Positions 48,738 to 61,796 of a stretch of DNA of 64,000 bases are shown here, piece after piece. The position numbers and the translations under genes were made by a program. This stretch comes from Mytilus californianus (lineage: Eukaryota), in contig NW_026262690.1 of the NCBI RefSeq assembly GCF_021869535.1, positions 80,104,001 to 80,168,000 on the forward strand, read 5' to 3'. Under the pieces are notes generated by a model. The model was not told the DNA's origin. It was given only the letters and a program-made list of their open reading frames with translations, and made no database searches. The stretch's first letter is position 1. Each line of letters starts with the position of its first letter.

Positions 48738-49337
48738 ACAATGTGTTGAAATTTCACCAAGGTCAAAAGTCAATGGGTCAGTAATTTTCAATTTTTCAAT
48801 TAGATATCTTTATACATCATTGTATATATGCTGTTTTATCCTTTTAGATCAAATTAAGATGTAAACAATTGTATATATGTGATAACTGAGAAATATAATG
48901 TGTTATGTTTTTGAAAATGAGATATTTTTATCTGTTGGGATTTTATAACCAAGACCTCAATTATTGGGGGGGGGTTAAATCCCAGCCTGAAGTCTGTATC
49001 CCAATATCCCATGTTGAGACCCTTGTGATCGATAGTAAACTAAAAGGCTTCTGAAACTATTGGGCATTAAATCAGAGAAATTTAAAACATGATCTGTTGT
49101 TGTAAGCATCCATGCAGGGCCTAGGCCTTGATGCTTACAACAACTGATATCTCATTTTCAAAACCATAACACATTATATTTCTCAGTTATCACATATACA
49201 ATTGTTTACATCTTAATTTGATCTAAAAGGATAAAACATGTACAGCATATATACAATGATGTATAAAGATATCTAACTGAAAGATGAAAATTACTGACCC
49301 ATTGACTTTTGACCATGGTGAAATTTCAACCCATTGT
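48738..49337. mobile_element. Foldback/MITE with ~190-bp inverted arms and TA flanks
   Basis: 48738-48925 is the reverse complement of ~49150-49337 (gttgaaatttcacc..ggtcaaaagtcaatgggtcagtaattttc..gaaaatgagatat). Confidence 0.8.
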
Positions 49338-50306
49338 TACTATACATGTATATAGGCTAGTGGGCTCGATGTTTCTTGTTTTATATATATTGATGTCTTA
49401 TCAAACGTTGTTTATTTGGGATCTAGATAGTTTAACTTACAATTTTATGAATTTTATGATTACTGTTCAGAAATATATTGGTATTTCTAAATTAAAATAC
49501 AATATACATATGTAATTAAATATTGTGCAATAACCATGACAACAAACATTTTCCCTTTTTTTTACCACATTTCATGAAAATAATTACTTCAACTGCCTTT
49601 GTGGCATTTCTGGTAGATATTATCAGTCACTTTCTTTCCAATCTGATTAAAACGCAGATTCTGTGTACACACTTTGCATACAAGGATCTGAAAATACTCC
49701 ATTCTTCTTTTTGTTTTAATGACCTTTTCAGATTCTTAGGTTTCGTTGTACACACATTCAAATATTTGAAGACAGAAATTTCATTGGTTGATATAAGATT
49801 TATCATAACAGAAACATGAGAAAGTAGGATGGAGTGTTTTAAATTTAAGATCCTTGTAAGCAAAGCTTGGAGACAGGATCTGTATTTAAATCAGATCGCT
49901 TTCTTTCTGCTCTAAAACTAACCATATCTGATATGACTTTGCATTTCAATTAAACAGAAAAAAATCACCCTAAAAACATACAAAATTAATTAGCAAAAAG
50001 AAAATATGAGCATATGTTATAGGACTTGGGTATATCCCTGTTAATAAGTTACCTGTATACCAGTAAATAAAATTTACTTGTAGTGTAAGTCATACATATT
50101 TTGTGTACCCCTGACTAGGAAGCATTATGTATAAGAAATTTTGTGAAAGAACTTATTTTTGGGCCTGTAAGCCGAAATGTTCTGTCAAGACTAATGCTGT
50201 CAAAGTCCTTTGATTGACAATGCTCTATGGATTGTATATCTATAAGAGACAGATGAATGAATTTGCATTATAACTTCTAGAAACCCTTTTCTTTGTTTTC
50301 AGGAGG

Positions 50307-53300
50307 ATGAATCAGACAAAGTCACACATACCACATTATATTCATGGAACTAAGTCTAGCCATGCAAAAAGTTCTAAAACTACAGATACTACAAGTAAAT
50401 TAACCAGACCAAAATCTACTACATATGGGTAGGTGATCACCTAGTTATAGAGCATGCAAGATAACTGAAACATCCTCCGAATATTCAATATGTTGAAGAA
50501 CATTTTTTTTATAGATCAGGGCACTATTGAGTCTCTGATACTATAATGCCTCACTGATAAACCATTAGCAAAAAAGAACTAAATAATTGTCTTACCATTG
50601 CTTACCAGTATTTATTTCAAGAAAGTTAAAATTTTAATTGTAAACTAAGCATGTGTTTATAATTCTTAAATACTAATATATCAAGTTTTTTTAATTCTTT
50701 CTCATGTTCATGTTATAAAACAATGTTTTAACATAATCTATACCCAAACATTTGAAAAACAATTTGAAAGGTAAAATATTGATACATTAGAATCAGTTAA
50801 TACCTGTATAGTGTACATGTATGGACACAAATTTTTAAGATTTTTGAAAAAAAATCTTAAGCATGACACAGGTACATGTATGCGAACCATGCCCGCTGCA
50901 ATGGGACACAATGGGAGTCTGCAAATATGGCTGTTGAAATTAAACATATAGAATAACCATACATTGTCATTTTACAACGTAAAAATGCTGCGAACCTGTA
51001 CTCTTTATTGACGTCATTAAAAAAACAGAAACACATTATCAACTTCACAAACAAGGTGATATACAGTCAATGACTATATCACAAATGAATATATGTTCAA
51101 TGCAATTTGACTGTGCAAATAACATACGTGCAGCATAAATATGTATGACGAGAGTCTGAAAATCTTCATGATAATCACCTGCGAAATTTCTGGAATAGTC
51201 TTGGAATACATGGTATAAGCATAAAAAGCCGTATGTTAAAATGTAAAAAATATTTAAATCTTCATTGTAGATTTAATGGTCGAAAGAGATCAACAGAAGA
51301 GGAAGATCAGAAAGAGGATAGAAAAAATGAACAGAGTGAAATAACCAGATTAAAGACACTTACAGGCAAACAAAAGGTAGATTTAAATTTGAAATTGACG
51401 AAAAACAGTACACCTGATTTATGTTCCACCTAGTTGAGATAAAATTCTGTATTTTAGTAATTTGAATGGTTAGGCTATTAATTTTTCCTTTTGAATGACA
51501 AAAAGGGGTGAGAAACTGATATATATTAGAAAGATTTAAATCAATTAGATACTGATAAGGTACTCATTAGTTTTCACACCATAAGCTGATGATTTACATT
51601 GTAGCATCTGTTAAAATATAAATTTGAATGAATGAATAACTCCAGACAATCTGAAGACATAATAAACAGTTTTATGGGATGAAATCAGCAGGTTCGTTAC
51701 ATGTATCACCATTTGTGTGATTTTTATTCATCTAGACAAAGTTAAAAAAAAGAATAAAAAAAAGAAAAAATATTTTGACTCAAATTTCATTATGTATATA
51801 TACACATAATGAAACACTACAAAGAAAAGATTATAACCTTCATAATATGCAGAGGAGTAAAGTGTATTTTTATTATTTCCAGAAGTTGGTGCTTACTTCT
51901 TTCATTTGAGCTGTATCTCTTTTAGGGAGGTAAACTTTTGTTAAGTTTAAATTAAGTATTATTAAATTAATGATGGTGGATTTGTTTCTAACATCCTAAA
52001 AATAACATGTATATCATGATTCATGAAGAAAACATGTGATATGAATTTAAATTCTGCTTTGCACAAGACCACCATGCTGAGCTGGAATATTTACTGTTCT
52101 AGTCAACAAGGAAACATTCGCAAGAAGACATGACATCCTACAAGGATATATTATTCCTACTCTGAGTTGACCAGTCTTTGCACCATTAAAAGCTGCATGC
52201 TTAGAGAAAAAAGTAGCAAATACCAATTTTCAAGTCTTTGGTTTGACTCAGTTGTGGATAGAACCAGCAAGTGCTTCTAGAGACCTTAATAGTAATTCCT
52301 TGTTTAAATTGTGCATGGGGAAAAACCATGAGAAAATACTCTCAGATGAGCCTTTAGATGAAAATATAATTCTTTGTATCAAATTAAGATATATATTTTC
52401 TATTCAGGAAAGAATTGCAAGTTTAGAAGCTTCATCTGGGAAAGAAAATGTTCTAAAAGGTAATTTTAACTGTTTTAAAGGGTCTGTACATGTTTGCGTT
52501 GTGAACTTCACCTTACGATTAGAGAGATTGAAAAGAAATTTACCCTGCAATTTTCAAGATTCTAATCAAAATTTAAAGATAGTATGGTTTAGTGGTTGCA
52601 AAATCAGCATACTAACATGCAGACTTCTCAAAGTAAGCAACAGTCTACATGAGCAGGCATGACAGGGGCATTATTAAATCACAACTTCACAACAGAGGCA
52701 AAAAATAAAAAAAGACATGCTTACATCTATATATATCTGTGAAATGAGATGGGTTCTTTCATACAATATCAGGTATATTTTAACGTCACAGTACTTAAAT
52801 TTCACCCGTTTTGCCAAATAAGCTTTAGAAATCTTTGCCATTATATTTGTCTTTCCACATAGCTAAACATATTTAAAAATACAAAAATGGTCGCATTATA
52901 TATCAGCAGATAATTTATCCAGAGGAAAAAAGTAAACTTGAAGGATATGTTGCATGCGACGTCCACAGAAAGTCACCTTTAAAAATGAGCAATTAAAATT
53001 TGTTACAGGCATCCATTTCTTCAAAATGCATAGTAAAACATGAACTATTGTCAAATTGTTCTAAAAATGTGGAGTAATAAAACAAAACCTTCGTTATACG
53101 ATTTTTTTTACATTAAGCATGCATGTGATTTAGGTATTCCTTATTACAGAATCTTGGGTTGTTTGGAGGTCGGTTCAAACCCATTTTTCTATGATTCAGT
53201 ATGGATTCAAAATTAAATTTGTGGAACTATATAGTAAACAAGGATACATTAACAAAATAAACACAGAATGGAAACTTTCATCTGTTTCGTAAAAAACATC

Positions 53301-56300
53301 AAAATAGGTGCTGTTTGGGTACCCTCGCATTACATCTAATATTAATGTTGTTCAAGAGATGACTTTGGTCCTTTAAATTTAAAAATAGCTTTTGATAAAA
53401 ATCAATATAAAAATGAAAATTTATTAAGTCTTAAGTAAAAGAGATGTTGGTTATATGTAAATGAGACAGCAACCAAATGACAAAAAACCATCTAGAGTAG
53501 AGGGCAACATACAGTCATCATTAATAGAAAGATGACTATATAAATATTGAGCTCTGGTATTACAGAGTCCATAAAATTGTTTTTATTTTTAGACAAAATC
53601 AATCAAAGATCTGCCATCCACATCAACATCTCCAAATAACAACAACAAAAAACCATGAGGATTTGACATAAAAAAAGTGCCAATCTGCCTAAGAATCAGA
53701 CAGTGGTGAAAACATGGTAAACAAAAACCCTCTCAAGTATACATCAATTCAATTTCAAAATGTATAATGGTGCATGAATATAACATTCGTTTCCTTGTCC
53801 TATTCTGGTATTTCAAGATATAATTTGGTTTAAATGCACTACAAGTTTACAATTGAGGGGTGCTAATTTTCTGTAATTCTAACCAAAAGGTATCTAGAGA
53901 TTTCTCAAATTACCAGACATGCAGTAAAGAAAGACCTACCAGTTCTAACTCAGGATGAGGGTAACTTCAAAATAGGATGGCTAGTTCTCTGGGGTTTTTT
54001 TTCAGCCATATTTTGAAATTCTTCTAAATTGCCTGATTCTTACAAAGACTGGCACTTAATGAAAACTGACTTAGTATTTTTTTTTATTTTTATAATTAAC
54101 AGATGAGATAAAAACATTAGAAGACAGATTACAGCAGACAGATGAAAAAATGTAAGAATACAATTAAATTTATTATGTGAACAAATTGTAGGGTTCAATT
54201 CTTTCATAGACGAGCAAGGAAAATCAATATCAGAATCAAATTTTGACCAATAACCAACTGAGAACTAAGGCCAAATATTAAGGACATGTTTCCTCCAATC
54301 TTCAATGGTTCTTAAACAAATATTTTTTCTCTTGAAATTCCTGTTGTTAACGAAGAAAAAAACCCAGCAAGTTGGAAAGTTCAAAAAGACAAAAACTATA
54401 AATTTTAGAAATACTACTATATTAAGGTTTCTGTTAAATTGTAACATACTTAAAGAAAACTTTGTATGATATCTTTTTACTATTCATATACTTTTAGGTA
54501 TATATAACTGTAAAATCATGATATAAATATCTAAACTTGTTTCATCAATGTACCATCAGTAACTCAATAAATCTATCTTTTCTATAATTGATGTAAAACA
54601 TTAAGATGTACCTAGGTCATCACTCCATTATCATGAAAAAACTTATCATAATTGCTTTCTTTTTCAGGGAATATTATGAAAAACAGTTACTGCTGTGTAA
54701 CATAGATCCAGGTAACTTAATCATCTGCATCCTAAGGTCTTATAGGAAATAAGTTGTTTCTAGTAAATTGTAGAAAGTGAAAAAGTATGTGGTCGATAAG
54801 GAAGTTTTAGTTTTTGTTTTGCCAGTGACGAAGGTCACAGAATGAAAGAGGCAAGCCAGTTGCCAAAGTGGCCCAGCTGCAAGCTCTCTGTATGAAGCTT
54901 CCATAAGAACAAAGAGCTGGATAAACCATATCTTGTATACAGATACCTTATGGTCTGAAGTATTTATCTGGCATATGTCTGTTGTCCTTGACATTATTTT
55001 CATGGTTCAATGGCCACTAAAAAAAAATTTTTGTTTTCTTACATGATTTTTTTATTCAGTTATTTTTAATAATAGGACAACTGTATTTGTTGCTTCTATG
55101 TGATTTATTTATATTTGTTTTTTCTATTTTCAGTTTCACTGGAATCCTTAGATCCCTTACAAGAAACTAAAGGAGCTCTTTTGGAGATAGGGAATAGGAC
55201 AAAGGTGAGTTAAATCTGAACTGGGCGAGTCTAGACAAGCTTTGTATGAATTCAGTGGAAAGGAATAGATCTGATATTAATATAAAAGTTTCAAATAAAT
55301 GGGGAATGTGTCCATGGGACACAGATGATGCCCCCGCTTGCATATCATATAAAGTTATAAAGGGACATAGCTATAGAACTGTTAAAGTGACACCTCCAAA
55401 ATTCAAACTTTATCTGTATTTTGTGGTAATAAGCATTGTGTATAAGTTTCATAACATTTGGTTGAGGCTAACTTAAGTAAGAGAACGGAAACGAAAAATT
55501 CAGCATTTTTTCCATTTGTAAAGGGGCATAACTCTTACAACAGTTAAAGTGACGCCACCAAAATTCAAACTTGATCTGTCTTTTGTGGTAATAAGCATTG
55601 TGTATAAGATTCATAACATTTGGTTGAGGCAAACTAAAGTTAGAGAAAAGAATTGTAAAATTCAGCAATTTTTCTATTTGTAAAGGGGCATAACTCTAAA
55701 ACGGTTAAAGTGACGCCACCAAAGTTCAAACTTGATCTGTGTTTTGTGGTAATAAGCATTTTGTTTAAGTTTCATAACATTTGGTTGAGGCAAACTAAAG
55801 TTAAAGAAAGGAAACAAACTTAAGGACGTACGTACGTACGTACGTACAGACGTACAGACGGACAAGGGTAAAACTTAATGCCCCCTCCACTACGGCGGGG
55901 GCATAAAAATGGTCAAAATTAAAAGTGAACTATAACTATGTAATTATGACTTTTTTGGATTGATTGATTGTTGGATTGGTATTTAATGCCACTTTCAGCA
56001 CTATTATGCTTTTTCGTGGCAGTCAGTTTTTATTGGTGGAGGAAGCTGGAGTGCCAAAAGAGAACCATGACCTTTGGTAGGAAAACTGACAATCCTAGCC
56101 AATTAAGGTTGGAGTCAAGTGCACCTGCCACATGCAGGAATCAAACTCACAACCTTGGAGTTGACAGGCTAGTGATACAGTATTATGACTACTTAGACCA
56201 CTTGGCCACCGTTTTTGGATTCAGACCACTTAGAGCTTAACATATAGTATAGAAAATTGTTTATTGATAAAGATAGTATGTTGATATTTTGGTTTTGTGT

Positions 56301-57546
56301 TGTCTGGTTTCTGTCTCATTTGCATTTACACTCAACATCTTCTTTATTAGTTTTTGAAATAGAAGGCTCAATTTTTTTAAAGTTGGTAGTAAATTTTTTA
56401 AGTTTTTATTTGCAATTGAAGTTTGAAGAACATGGCTGTCAACTGTAAATTTGCTTATGTTTGTTATATTGTAATTACAAATTATATTAAAAAACTCTGT
56501 TTTAAATACTAGACTGTTTTATACTTAAAGGTAGAAGTGAATAAGTTAAAAGAAAGCATTGATGAAATGAACAACAAAACAAAACAAGTATTGATTGATT
56601 TGAAGGTAAGATAGTTTTAACATTATGGGAACTTTAGATTAATAAAACCTCTGATCAGATTGAATTAAACACAGAGTTTTAGTGGTAAGCACTATCAGAA
56701 TCAACGTTCAAATTGCATTAAATTAAATTAGATTTTTAGATTTTTAATAATTTTTTGTGGAAATGGTATCAGTATGGAATAAAAATAGCCTTAGAACATG
56801 ATTTGTTTTATTCTTTGTAATTTTTTATTTAAAAATGAGTTTTGCTGATTTGTAAAACTAATTATAAAGAGGTAAATTTTGAGAGTTCTATGAAGAAGAG
56901 AGTAACTCATCGCCGTGACTTAAATGTTCTGAAAAACAATTGTTGAATATAATTATCTCCCTTGTGTCATGTATTTTACTACAAATGTAAAGAATGTTTA
57001 CTTTATCAAGCAAACTGGTCGGGAATAATCAGAAGTCCCCATTTACTGGTATATTTTCAAAACATTTAGTAGTAAATAGTGATTTCTGACTATTAGAGAT
57101 TAATTTGTTTGCTAAAATATACAAGCTTGACAATATCTGTCTTAAGGAAAGCAAATAGAAAAATTCTGCAACCATGTCCAAACAAACCAGGTTTAATAAA
57201 GAAGGTGAGTGCACCGCACATAATTTCACTTGAATAAATCAAAAGTTATTGAAAAATACATGAAAAGGATATCAGGTATTACCAGAAATTATATTACTTG
57301 CCACTACAAGGGAACTAATTGAGTCATCATGAAAATTCAAATAAAATCTGAAACAAGTTTTTGTGTTCATGAAGTTGTGCAATGATCAGCTATTGTAAGA
57401 TTTTCCTATTCGATTCTATTGAGCTGTGAATAATGTAAGTCACAGCCTGATGATCAAAATGAAATAAACCTTTTTTAAATTTCTTTCAGACAATTGGAGA
57501 TGAATTGGATAACATATGTGCAGAAGATGAAATGGTGCCATCTTAG
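50307..57546 (+). CDS. Coiled-coil protein, 191 aa, 8 exons; tentatively SKAP/KNSTRN-like
   Basis: join(50307..50428,51271..51376,52408..52459,54103..54151,54668..54711,55134..55204,56531..56605,57490..57546) = 576 nt. All introns are GT-AG and phases 2,0,1,2,1,0,0 chain without a stop. Protein: MNQTKSHIPHYIHGTKSS...EITRLKTLTGKQKERIASLE...EIKTLEDRLQQTDEKMEYYEKQLLLCNIDPVSLE...VNKLKESIDEMNNKTKQVLIDLKTIGDELDNICAEDEMVPS*. An upstream exon is implied by the acceptor at 50301-50302. Confidence 0.8.
55293..55909 (-). mobile_element. HINE family B copy, in intron 6 of the coiled-coil gene
   Basis: Reverse complement of 19525-19978. Units spaced 161-162 bp, (acgt)n tract. Confidence 0.8.
55962..56211 (-). 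mobile_element. V-domain tRNA-SINE, slightly 5'-truncated
   Basis: Reverse complement of 4772-5021. 10-bp TSD tttttggatt at 55952-55961 and 56212-56221. Confidence 0.85.
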
Positions 57547-57756
57547 AAATGTGACTTATTGTTTTTGTTTTTATGCTTCATTAAACCAGTTTTATCATGC
57601 TGTCTGAATTTTTCTTCATTGTGTTATTAGGACTTTACTTGCAGTGCATGGCTATAGTTAAGTTATCAAACAGAATTTTCTCCCAGGGCATCTACCTTAA
57701 AAATTGTTCAATGTCCAGCAGGTAATGTTTCAACCATATTCATTATATGAGCATGT

Positions 57757-58025
57757 TATTGTGACACGAACCCCGATTTATACTAAACCAACATCTTGAG
57801 TCAGATTATTACCATGCTAGCTCACAAAGTATTCCTCAGGAAGATATGTTACCCGTCCTGAACACATTATTTAGACTCGGTTAGTCTGTGGCTCTTACTC
57901 TCATGCTCAGTGCTTAGCAGAGAAGCAGTAAATATCAGTTTTCCAAGTTCATGATGATATCCAGCTGTGGAATGATCCAATGACCACATTCTCAGTGTAG
58001 GCACACTATAAATAGACCACAATGG
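57757..58025 (-). mobile_element. Degenerate Meta-domain-like SINE
   Basis: The minus strand contains ttactgcttctctgctaagcactgagcatgagagtaagagc..agact, which resembles the metazoan MetaSINE core (from recall). Confidence 0.5.
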
Positions 58026-58318
58026 TACTTTTATCCAAAAATAAATCCTAAAGTTTCATCAAAATTGTACAGGGATAATTTTTGAAACATTGTGAACTTA
58101 TTTGATACTCATTTGACTTGTTAACTTGATAATGGCCAAGATAAAAAAAATGTTCAGCTTGTCGTTTTGAGTGCACTCGGGGTTCACTGACATTAAACCT
58201 TAGAATGATCTTATGCAACTCTGAAGGCATACAAACACATATTCATGGTGAAGATATTTTTAAAGAAAAATTGAAAAACACTACTTTGGTATAAAAGCCA
58301 GATGTTGACCTTGAGTTG

Positions 58319-59250
58319 ATTTTTGTCTCACCTGTGACAAAAGTCGCAGTATGCGAGACATAGGTATTACAATTGGCGCAACGTAAACTATTTGTATAAA
58401 GCTTTATATTTCAGAAGGTAGAAGACCTGGATGCTTCATATCTTCTATGCAGATACCTTATGTTACGAAGTTTCTGGTTTTCATATGTCCAATGTCCTTG
58501 AACTCATTTTCATGGTTCAGCGAATGCTTTAAAAAAAATTAGTTTTTTTGTCATGTGAATTTCTCACTTATTAGGAGTATTAGGATAACTATATTTGGTG
58601 TATCGGTTCCTTGCAACGTCTACATGTGGGTCAGACAGGGTTCATCTGACCTTGACCTCAATTCATGGATCAGTGATCAAGGTCAAAGTTACATGATTAG
58701 GTCCATTTCTCAAATAATATAAGCATTAGGTCAACTATATGTGGTGTATGGAATGACTGTAATGGGTCCGTGTCAATCTGGCAGTTTTTCATCTGACCTT
58801 GACCTCATTTTCATGGTTCATTGGTTAATGTTAAGTTTTTGTGTTGTGGTCTGTTTTTCAAGTACTATAAGCAATAGGTCAACTATACTTGGTGTATGGA
58901 TTGACTGTAATGGGTTCATGGGTAAATGGCAGTCTGGCAGGTTTCATCTGACCTTGACCTCATTTTCATGGTTCATTGGTCAATGTTAAGTTTTTGTGTT
59001 TTGGTCTGTTTTTCAAGTACTATAAGCAATAGGTCAACTATATTTGGTGTATGGAATGGTTGTAAGGTGTATATGTCTGTCTGGCATGTATCATCTGACC
59101 TTACCTCATTTTCATTGTTCATTGGTCAATGTTATGTTTTTTTGTTTTGGTCTGTTTTTCAATTATCATTAGCAATAGGTCAACTAGATTTTGTGTATAA
59201 AGAAATTGTAAGGTGTATATGGCTGTCTAACTAGATTTATCTGACCTGTA
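58319..59250 (+). mobile_element. HINE-like element, family E, 146-155-bp array, 3' truncated
   Basis: Starts ttttgtctcacctgtgacaaaagtcgcag..gcgagacata. ctgacct units near 58648, 58795, 58950, 59097 and 59243. A related fragment lies at ~54860-55020. Confidence 0.7.
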
Positions 59251-59336
59251 ATGCTTCTTGTAAAACCATTATCTTAAATCTTAATTTCAGCGTGGGCACT
59301 TTTGTTTTTTTATTGTGTTGTGTTATTGTCTCATAA

Positions 59337-60637
59337 GGGGACGACCATTTGATATTCTGGGGGGGGCCAGGAGGATTTGTTTTGGATCGGTTATTTATTT
59401 TTGTAAACTAAGAGGACAGATTATCTATTTTCTGCACTATTGAAGCAAGACTTTTCATTTTCATTAAAGCAAGGGACTGATTATTTATTTTCACAACTAT
59501 ATTTATAATATTCGAAAACATACAATTTTTAAATTATTTGTTTATTATAAATAATACATGTATTGTCAAGTCATTATGTACCATTTAATCAGAATTAATT
59601 ATTATCCTCTGCAGAAATGAATCTTCTATATCCCCCAATGCATATACATGTATTGCAAACATACACAGTATTAAAGTTTGGTTGTAACTAAGGCTCTTTT
59701 AAAAGTATTGGCAAACATGTTTTGCCGAGCGGAGCGAGGCAAAATTTTTTTGGAAGGGTTTTTGAACCGCTGAAGGCCCAAGAAGCTATAGAACAAATGA
59801 TGCAAAATCATGCTTTCTGGGTGTTCCCCAGACCCTTTCTTAAACTGAAAATGCAAGTTCTGTTTTAATAATTTTTTGACAATATTTTGGTCTCAAAGGA
59901 AAATCACGTTATAGATTCAGTGTAAGACTTAAGTTTCTAGGGACAACATCAAAAGACAAATATGTATGATAAAGCAATAATGTAATTCACATAGTTAAGT
60001 CTGTGGCTGCTGTGTTTTTTTAAACTCATGATCAAGTTAATAATAAAATTACTAAATTACAAAATGAATGCAACACTAACAGAATACAGAAGGGCAATCA
60101 ATGAACAAAAGACAAATAAATAAGAAACATTGATCCCGAAAAATCAGGGGCTACATCTGAGGGAGAACAGAACTTGCTTCTTGCAAGGCACTCACGGTGA
60201 ACACAATTTGATATGGAGACAAGCGTTTGGTTTTGAAATTTCCTACATGAGGCATTTGTCTCAATGTAGTTACGGCCCTGATTTAATAAAAGTGAGGTAA
60301 GTGTTCCTGAGACAATTAACCTCAAGTTAAATGAAACCAATTTTCTGACATTTCAAGTATATTTAAATAATATTTATACTTTTATTATTAAAAGATGTGG
60401 GAAGTGTTTCCCGATTTTTTTTTTTGGAAAAAAGATGAATTTATGAAGAATCTGGTGCCATCTCATACTTTCGATTAGACCTGCTGAGTTATTTATTTTC
60501 AATACATTGCAAGTCAGGTAATTTATTTTCAAACTACCACAGAACAAACCATTTATTTTTGTGATTATCAAGGCTGAGTTATTTATTTTCAAAATCCTCC
60601 TGGCCCCCCCCCCCCAGAAAATCAAATGGTCGTCCCC
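59337..60637. mobile_element. PIF/Harbinger-type non-autonomous element, copy 2
   Basis: Same TIR as 44128-45656. TSD taa at 59334-59336 and 60638-60640. Confidence 0.9.
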
Positions 60638-61796
60638 TAAGTACATATTATAAATGTACATTTCATTTTATTCATATTTACACGTATTTTGATATTGGAT
60701 AAAAAGCTGATGGATATATAAGAATTTTAATTTATGATTGATTAGTATGACGTCCATTTTCATTGAACTAGTACTAGTACACATTTTTGTTTAGGGACCA
60801 GCTGAAGCCAGCCTCAGGTGCTGGATTTTCTCACTGTCTTGGAAGACAAAATGGTGGCCTTCTGCTGTTTTCTGCTCTTTTGTCAGGTTGTTGTCTCTTT
60901 GACACATTCCCCATTTACATTCTCAATTTTATTTGGTGAAAATCCAGTGGCAAACATTTCATGCACATTCAGATTATCTATAATACTATAATATAAAAGG
61001 AAGAAATTTGCCAGATTTTCAGGAAAACATGTGCCTAAAACTGAAAGAGATCCAGTTTAGATTATGCAGGTTGTCTTGCATATGCATATAAACTCTTCCA
61101 AGCATAAACCTTTTTTGTATTTATTTTTTCTTTGCAATTAAATTGAATTGATCTTAAATTACCGCAAGAATAAGAGTTAAAATTATTTTTTTAAAGAAAA
61201 TAAACACATAAATTCAAAATTTTGTGAAATTATGAAATAGAAACTGTAAGAAAAACTTTTAGAGATCACTGATACTTTTTGTCTTGCTTCCACTATTTAG
61301 GTAGGTCTGGTGCTTAGATTTTTTTTTTCATTTTTAATACAAGAAATGTTTCCAACATTTATTTTAGCTGGGATTAGAGTCTAGAGATATATAATACAAA
61401 ACCTGAGACTACTATTACACACATATGTTATAGTAGTCTCAGACAAAACTTGTCTTATGTCTATAATAATAATTAGTGTCCATAATTGTATTAACGTGTA
61501 AGTTAAAATAAAAAATTATGTTTTTTTTTTTTTTGTTTTTTTTTTTTTATATATCCTTTCATTTTTTATGTTCATATTACGTCAGATAATTTATTTGTAG
61601 ACCCCGATAGTAAAATGGATTTAAAATTCTAGCGAAAATTCGAGAACCTGCAGGTTTTAACACGAAATTGGGTTATCTCCCTTTGCTTGAGTTCTCTAGA
61701 CTTATCATCTATTCTTATCGATTTAGAAAATTCCGAAAGAGCGTTTCTTGGGAGCAAAAAGCTGACCGAATATTTGTTTTTGTAGCAGTCAAAAGA

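Noticed and set aside
52243-52662. 139-aa ORF as a stand-alone gene
   Set aside because: Only 52408-52459 is exonic; the rest is intron read-through.
53593-53660. Extra exon of the coiled-coil gene after the ttttag acceptor at 53592
   Set aside because: The required phase gives a stop after 15 codons, no good donor follows, and exon 52408-52459 joins 54103 in phase without it.
61743-61755. RFX X-box (gtttcttgggagc) upstream of kintoun
   Set aside because: It would fit a ciliary gene, but it deviates from the GTTNCC..GGNAAC consensus in both halves and is too weak to call without conservation data.
61668-61796. N-terminal extension of kintoun from the TTG at 61668
   Set aside because: It is a non-ATG start in a eukaryote, and kintoun-like sequence begins at the ATG at 61797.
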